Shown in pieces: positions 46,639-50,598 of a stretch of DNA of 50,598 bases (positions within the stretch are counted from its first letter, which is position 1; every line of letters starts with the position of its first letter). Source of the stretch: Gaiellaceae bacterium (GTDB lineage: Bacteria > Actinomycetota > Thermoleophilia > Gaiellales > Gaiellaceae); contig DASUWJ010000040.1 of assembly GCA_036378475.1 (NCBI GenBank), positions 1 to 50,598 on the forward strand, in the 5' to 3' direction. The notes beneath the pieces were generated by a model that saw nothing but the letters and a program-made list of their open reading frames with translations, ran no database searches and was not told the origin of the DNA. The position numbers and the translations under genes are program-made.

Positions 46639-47559
46639 TCAACCCGGGCCCGCGCCGGAGCCTCGGCCTCCCGCCGCCTCCTCCAGCAGCCGCAGCTCGA
46701 GCACCCGCGAGGCATCGAACCCCTCGAGCCGAAGCGCGGTGCCCGCGGCGGCGGCGGCGGCGCCGCCCGGCATCAGGCCGACGAGCTCCGAGCCGAGCAC
46801 GTCCGCGCCGCGCGCTCTCGCCTCGCGCTCGATCGTCTCGACGAGCTCGTGTAGCGACGCGGCCTCCCAGTCCTCAACGTTCATGCTCACCTGGACCCGG
46901 CCGGCTGCGGGCAGCTCGAGGCCGAGCGCCCGGACTCCGGGAAAGCCGCCGTCCCGCTCGCGGACGAGCGAGGCGAGCTCCCGCGCCGTCTCGAGCTCGC
47001 CGCGCAGATCGACGTTGAAGGCGACGAGCGGCCTGCGCGCGCCGACGAGCACGCCGCCGGCCCGCTCGTCGAGCCGGGCTGGGCCGTAGGCGGGTTTCAG
47101 CTCGCCGGCGTCGATCCGACGCTGGAGCTCGCGGGGCCCGCCGCGCCGGAAGAAGGCCGGACCGCGCCCGGGGGCGAGCTCGCCGTAGAGGAAGACCGGC
47201 AGCTCGAGCTCGCTACCGATCCGCTCCGCCACGAGGAGCGCCGCCGACCGTGCCCGCTCCAGGTCGCCCGGGGCGATCGGAACGAGCGGAACGACGTCGG
47301 CGGCTCCGATCCGCGGATGCGCGCCCTCGTGGACTCGCAGGTCGATTCGCTCGCGCGCGGCCGAGACGCCGGCGACGAGGGAGTCTGCGAGCTCCTCCTC
47401 CGAGCCGACGAGCGTGAAGACCGAGCGGTGGTGATCCGGATCGGCGTGCAGGTCGAGCAGGCGCCCCCGGCGGGAGAGGGCCGCACCGATCGCCTCGAGC
47501 GTCTCGCGGTCGCGTCCCTCCGAGAAGTTCGGCACCGATTCGAGCGGCAGCACCCGCAC
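46639..47559 (-). CDS. ftcD: Glutamate formimidoyltransferase (formiminotransferase domain only)
   Basis: 306 aa starting at GTG. LESVPNFSEGRD is the hallmark N-terminus, and the FT_N plus FT_C pattern follows. It lies at the head of the hut gene string. Confidence 0.87.
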   Translation of the reverse strand: MRVLPLESVPNFSEGRDRETLEAIGAALSRRGRLLDLHADPDHHRSVFTLVGSEEELADSLVAGVSAARERIDLRVHEGAHPRIGAADVVPLVPIAPGDLERARSAALLVAERIGSELELPVFLYGELAPGRGPAFFRRGGPRELQRRIDAGELKPAYGPARLDERAGGVLVGARRPLVAFNVDLRGELETARELASLVRERDGGFPGVRALGLELPAAGRVQVSMNVEDWEAASLHELVETIEREARARGADVLGSELVGLMPGGAAAAAAGTALRLEGFDASRVLELRLLEEAAGGRGSGAGPG

Positions 47560-47573
47560 TACTCTACGAGCCG

Positions 47574-48161
47574 GTGAAGGCCTACTACGACGCCCGCGCG
47601 CGTGAGTACGACGACTGGATCGACGGGACGGGCCTCTACGCCGACCGCATCCGGCCGGGCTGGGCCGAGGAGCTGGCGGCGCTCCGGCAGGCCCTCGCGG
47701 GCCTGCCCCCGGCCCGGACCTTGGACGTCGCCTGCGGGACGGGCTACTTCACCCGTTTCCTGCCCGGCGAGGTCGTCGCGCTCGACCAGAGCGAGCGGAT
47801 GCTCGAGGTCGCGCGCGAGCGCCAGGCGGCCGCCGAGTACGTTGTCTCGGACGCGTTCGAGCTGCCGTTCGAGCAGGGCGCCTTCGAGCGCGTCTTCAGC
47901 GGCCATTTCTACGGCCACCTGGACGCCGAGGAGCGCCGCCGCTTCCTCGGCGAGGCCGGCCGGGTCGCCCCGGAGCTCGTCGCCCTCGACTCGGCCTGGC
48001 GCGCGGGGGTCGGCCGGGAGGAATGGCAGGAGCGGCCGCTTCGAGACGGGACGAGCTGGCAGATCTACAAGCGCTACTTCGAGCCGGAGCAGCTGGCGGC
48101 GGAGCTCGGCGGCGGTCGCGTCGTCTTCGCCGGGCAGTGGTTCGTCGTCGTCTCGGCGTGA
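47574..48161 (+). CDS. Class I SAM-dependent methyltransferase
   Basis: 195 aa starting at GTG: KAYYDARAREYDDW, with motif I LDVACGTGYFTRFL. Confidence 0.8.
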   Translation: MKAYYDARAREYDDWIDGTGLYADRIRPGWAEELAALRQALAGLPPARTLDVACGTGYFTRFLPGEVVALDQSERMLEVARERQAAAEYVVSDAFELPFEQGAFERVFSGHFYGHLDAEERRRFLGEAGRVAPELVALDSAWRAGVGREEWQERPLRDGTSWQIYKRYFEPEQLAAELGGGRVVFAGQWFVVVSA

Positions 48162-48213
48162 ACGAGCCGCAGGCCGGCGGGCACCGAGCCGCGGACTGCC
48201 GCGGCGTCCGGGA

Positions 48214-48846
48214 ATGAGCCGCCGGCGCTCGAGCTACCGCTCGCTCCGCTCGCTCCAGCGCGACAACCGGGTCTGCCGCGCCTGCGTCGAGGCCGGCTAT
48301 CCGCTCGAGTCGCTGCCGGTCGTCCAGCCCTACGCGGGCCAGCCGGCCTACCTCTTCGGCCAGGCTCCCGGCAGCCTCGAGGGCGAGGAGCGCCGCCCCT
48401 GGCGCGGCCGGGCCGGCCGGACACTACGCCGCTGGCTCGAGCTCGACGAGGACGACTTCTACGCGAGCTTCTACTGCGCCTCCGTCACGCGCTGCTACCC
48501 GGGCAAGGCCGCCTCCGGCCGTGGCGACCGGACGCCGACGCCGCGAGAGCAGGCGCTCTGCGGCTTCTGGCGCGACTGGGAGCTCCGCCTGCTCCGGCCG
48601 CGGCTGATCGTCCCGGTCGGCGGCCTGGCGCTCCGCCACCTGCTCGGTGCGAGGAGCGTGAGCGAGTGCGTCGGGCGCCGCTTCGAGCGCGAGGGCGCGG
48701 CCGCGATTCCGCTGCCCCACCCCTCGGGCGCAAGCGGCTGGCTGAACGCACCCGCGAACCGCGTGCTCGTCGCCCAAGCAGCGGGCCTGATCAGGCAGGA
48801 GCTGACGCGCCTTCGAGCCGGAGATGACGCCGGGCGCGGCGGCTAG
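48214..48846 (+). CDS. Uracil-DNA glycosylase superfamily protein (family 4-like, probable Fe-S type)
   Basis: From the internal ATG 48214. Motif A is GQAPG (family 4 has GEAPG) and motif B is LPHPSG. The Cys pattern C-x2-C ... RC ... C fits a 4Fe-4S cluster. Confidence 0.78.
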   Translation: MSRRRSSYRSLRSLQRDNRVCRACVEAGYPLESLPVVQPYAGQPAYLFGQAPGSLEGEERRPWRGRAGRTLRRWLELDEDDFYASFYCASVTRCYPGKAASGRGDRTPTPREQALCGFWRDWELRLLRPRLIVPVGGLALRHLLGARSVSECVGRRFEREGAAAIPLPHPSGASGWLNAPANRVLVAQAAGLIRQELTRLRAGDDAGRGG

Positions 48847-48856
48847 ATTCCAGGGC

Positions 48857-50598
48857 GTGGCCGAGAGCCCCGCCTATCGACGCACGTTCTTTCGCCTGCT
48901 CGGTTTCCTACGTCCGCACAAGGGGTCGCTCGTGCTCTCGACGGCGCTCGCCGTCGGCTACCAGGCGGCCCAGATCGCGCTCGTCTGGGTGACGAAGCGC
49001 GTGATCGACGATGCGCTTCGGCCCCACGAGTCGGGCAGGCTCTGGTTCTTCATCTGGCTGATCGTCGGACTGGGAGCGCTGCGCGCGGCATTCATGTTCG
49101 GACGGCGGATGATCTCCGGCCGCCAGGCGCTCGCGGTCGAGATGGACCTGCGGCAGGGCCTCTACGCGCGGCTCGTCCGCCTCTCCTTTGGCTTCTACGA
49201 CCGCCATCAGACCGGCCAGCTGATGTCGCGCGCCACGGTCGACCTCCAGGGCGTCCGCTTCTTCCTCGGCTACGGCCTGATCTTCTTCTTCCAGAACATC
49301 CTGACCGTCGTCTTCGTGACCGGCGTCCTGCTCGTCTTCCAGTGGCAGCTCGCCCTGGTCGCGCTCGCGATCACGCCGGTGCTCGTCGTCCTCGCCTACC
49401 GCTACAGCCACGTCTCGCACCCGACGCTCCGCGACGTCCAGCAGAAGCTCGCGGACGTGGCGACGGTCGCCGAGGAGAACATCGTCGGCATCCACGTCGT
49501 CAAGTCCTTCGCGCAGGAACCGCAGGAGGAGCAGAAGTTCCGTGCGCGCACGGAGAACCTCTTCCAGCAGACGATCAGGGCGAACCGCCAGCGCGCGCTC
49601 TACGTACCGCTGATCTCGTGGGTGCCGCTCGTCGCCCAGGCGGCGGTGCTGCTCGTCGGCGTCCGCATGGTGACGAGCCACGCGCTCTCGGTCGGCGGCT
49701 TCGTCGCCTTCAACCTCTACCTCGGCATGCTCGTCGTGCCGCTCCGCTCGCTCGGGATGTGGATCGGTCAGGCCCAGCGGGCGACGGCCTCCGGCGAGCG
49801 GATCTTCCAGGTGATCGACGAACCGGAGGAGGTCCGCGACCGGCCGGGCGCGCGCGAGCTGCCCGCGGGCGGCGGCCAGATCCGCTTCGAGGACGTCGGC
49901 TTCGAGTACCTGACGGGCCGGCCGGTGCTCGAGCACATCGAGCTCGAGATCGCACCGGGAAAGACGATCGCCCTGATCGGGCACACGGGCTCGGGCAAGA
50001 CGACGCTCACCTCGCTCGTCCCGCGCTTCTACGACGTGACGAGCGGCCGCGTGACGATCGACGGTGCGGATGTGCGCGACGTGACGCTCCGCTCGCTTCG
50101 CGGCGCGATCGGTGTCATCTCGCAGGACACGTTCCTGTTCTCGGCGAGCGTGCGCGAGAACATCACCTTCGGCGCGCCCGGGCTCAGCCCGGCAGAGGTC
50201 GAGCACGTCGCCCGGCTCGCGCAGGCGCACGAGTTCATCTCCGAGCTGCCGGAGGGCTATGAGACCGTGATCGGCGAGCGCGGGGTCACGCTCTCGGGCG
50301 GCCAGCGCCAGCGGCTCGCGATCGCCCGCGCGCTCGCCGTCGACCCGCGGATACTGATCCTGGACGATGCGACCGCCTCCGTCGATGCGAGCACCGAGGC
50401 CCGGATCCGGCTCGGCCTGCGCCAGGCGATGGCCGGACGGACGACGCTGATCATCGCCCACCGGCTCTCGACGATCTCGCTCGCCGACGAGATCGTCGTG
50501 ATCGACGCGGGCCGGATCGCCGACCGAGGCACCCACGACGAGCTGCTCGAGCGCTGCGGCGTCTACCGCGAGATCTACGAGCACGGCCTGCTCGAGCG
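48857..50598 (+). CDS. ABC exporter, fused permease-ATPase (MsbA/MdlB-like), 3' end runs off the window
   Basis: This gene is not in the ORF track because it has no stop in the window. My manual translation from GTG 48857 gives VAESPAYRRTFFRLLGFLRPHKGSLVLS... (TMD). It also shows Walker A GHTGSGKTTL (~49978), the signature LSGGQRQRLAIARAL (~50290) and Walker B ILILDDATS. The listed 558-aa minus ORF is its antisense shadow. Confidence 0.87.
   Translation, partial: MAESPAYRRTFFRLLGFLRPHKGSLVLSTALAVGYQAAQIALVWVTKRVIDDALRPHESGRLWFFIWLIVGLGALRAAFMFGRRMISGRQALAVEMDLRQGLYARLVRLSFGFYDRHQTGQLMSRATVDLQGVRFFLGYGLIFFFQNILTVVFVTGVLLVFQWQLALVALAITPVLVVLAYRYSHVSHPTLRDVQQKLADVATVAEENIVGIHVVKSFAQEPQEEQKFRARTENLFQQTIRANRQRALYVPLISWVPLVAQAAVLLVGVRMVTSHALSVGGFVAFNLYLGMLVVPLRSLGMWIGQAQRATASGERIFQVIDEPEEVRDRPGARELPAGGGQIRFEDVGFEYLTGRPVLEHIELEIAPGKTIALIGHTGSGKTTLTSLVPRFYDVTSGRVTIDGADVRDVTLRSLRGAIGVISQDTFLFSASVRENITFGAPGLSPAEVEHVARLAQAHEFISELPEGYETVIGERGVTLSGGQRQRLAIARALAVDPRILILDDATASVDASTEARIRLGLRQAMAGRTTLIIAHRLSTISLADEIVVIDAGRIADRGTHDELLERCGVYREIYEHGLLE

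Noticed and set aside
48908-50584. 558-aa minus-strand ORF
   Set aside because: It is antisense to the plus-strand ABC exporter, whose Walker A (GHTGSGKTTL), signature (LSGGQRQRLAIARAL) and Walker B motifs I read directly.

Overview
This is a high-GC bacterial chromosomal core segment; 60-nt lines I hand-counted gave about 75% GC in typical genes. The gene order is actinobacterial, with alaS-ruvX-mltG-aroE-aroC-aroK/B-aroQ-pepP-efp and tlyA-nadK-recN. It also carries a Firmicute-like accB-accC-asp23-nusB-...-ispA string. I can support about 55 protein-coding genes, roughly 45 of them on the minus strand. They lie in long co-directional strings where neighbouring genes very often share 4-nt stop/start overlaps (ATGA, GTGA or TTGA).

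Recognisable content:
- Nucleoside salvage: deoB, a methyltransferase and a pyrimidine-nucleoside phosphorylase.
- ald, an apparently frameshifted aldo/keto reductase, an M20 peptidase and pyrG.
- recN, nadK and tlyA; a polyprenyl synthase, nusB, asp23 and accC.
- A Crp/Fnr regulator divergent from a Tat-exported di-iron ferritin-like protein.
- The shikimate pathway block and alaS.
- A secreted Cys-repeat protein.
- A SigB/F-type sigma factor with an RsbW-like partner, and mnmA.
- A four-gene envelope cluster of unknown function.
- aspS and hisS.
- A complete hut operon: hutH, hutU, hutI and a glutamate formimidoyltransferase.
- A family-4-like UDG and the start of an ABC exporter.

I found no rRNA, tRNA, CRISPR array, transposase, integrase or phage genes.

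The most unusual items:
1. The accB position is occupied by a 607-aa fusion of an OadA/5S-like carboxyltransferase domain to a complete AccB. All four metal-ligand positions of the carboxyltransferase domain appear substituted.
2. A coupled cluster (33817-36904) encodes a DivIVA-like protein, two paralogous 2-TM proteins with Pro/Glu-rich tails carrying a repeated motif, and an RsbW-unrelated RlpA-like protein.
3. An RsbW-like anti-sigma lacks kinase motifs and has no RsbV partner in the window.
4. MnmA carries a Cys-less IscU-like N-terminal extension.
5. Small translationally coupled ORFs lie inside the operons.

All homology statements come from by-eye motif recognition and need profile searches to confirm.
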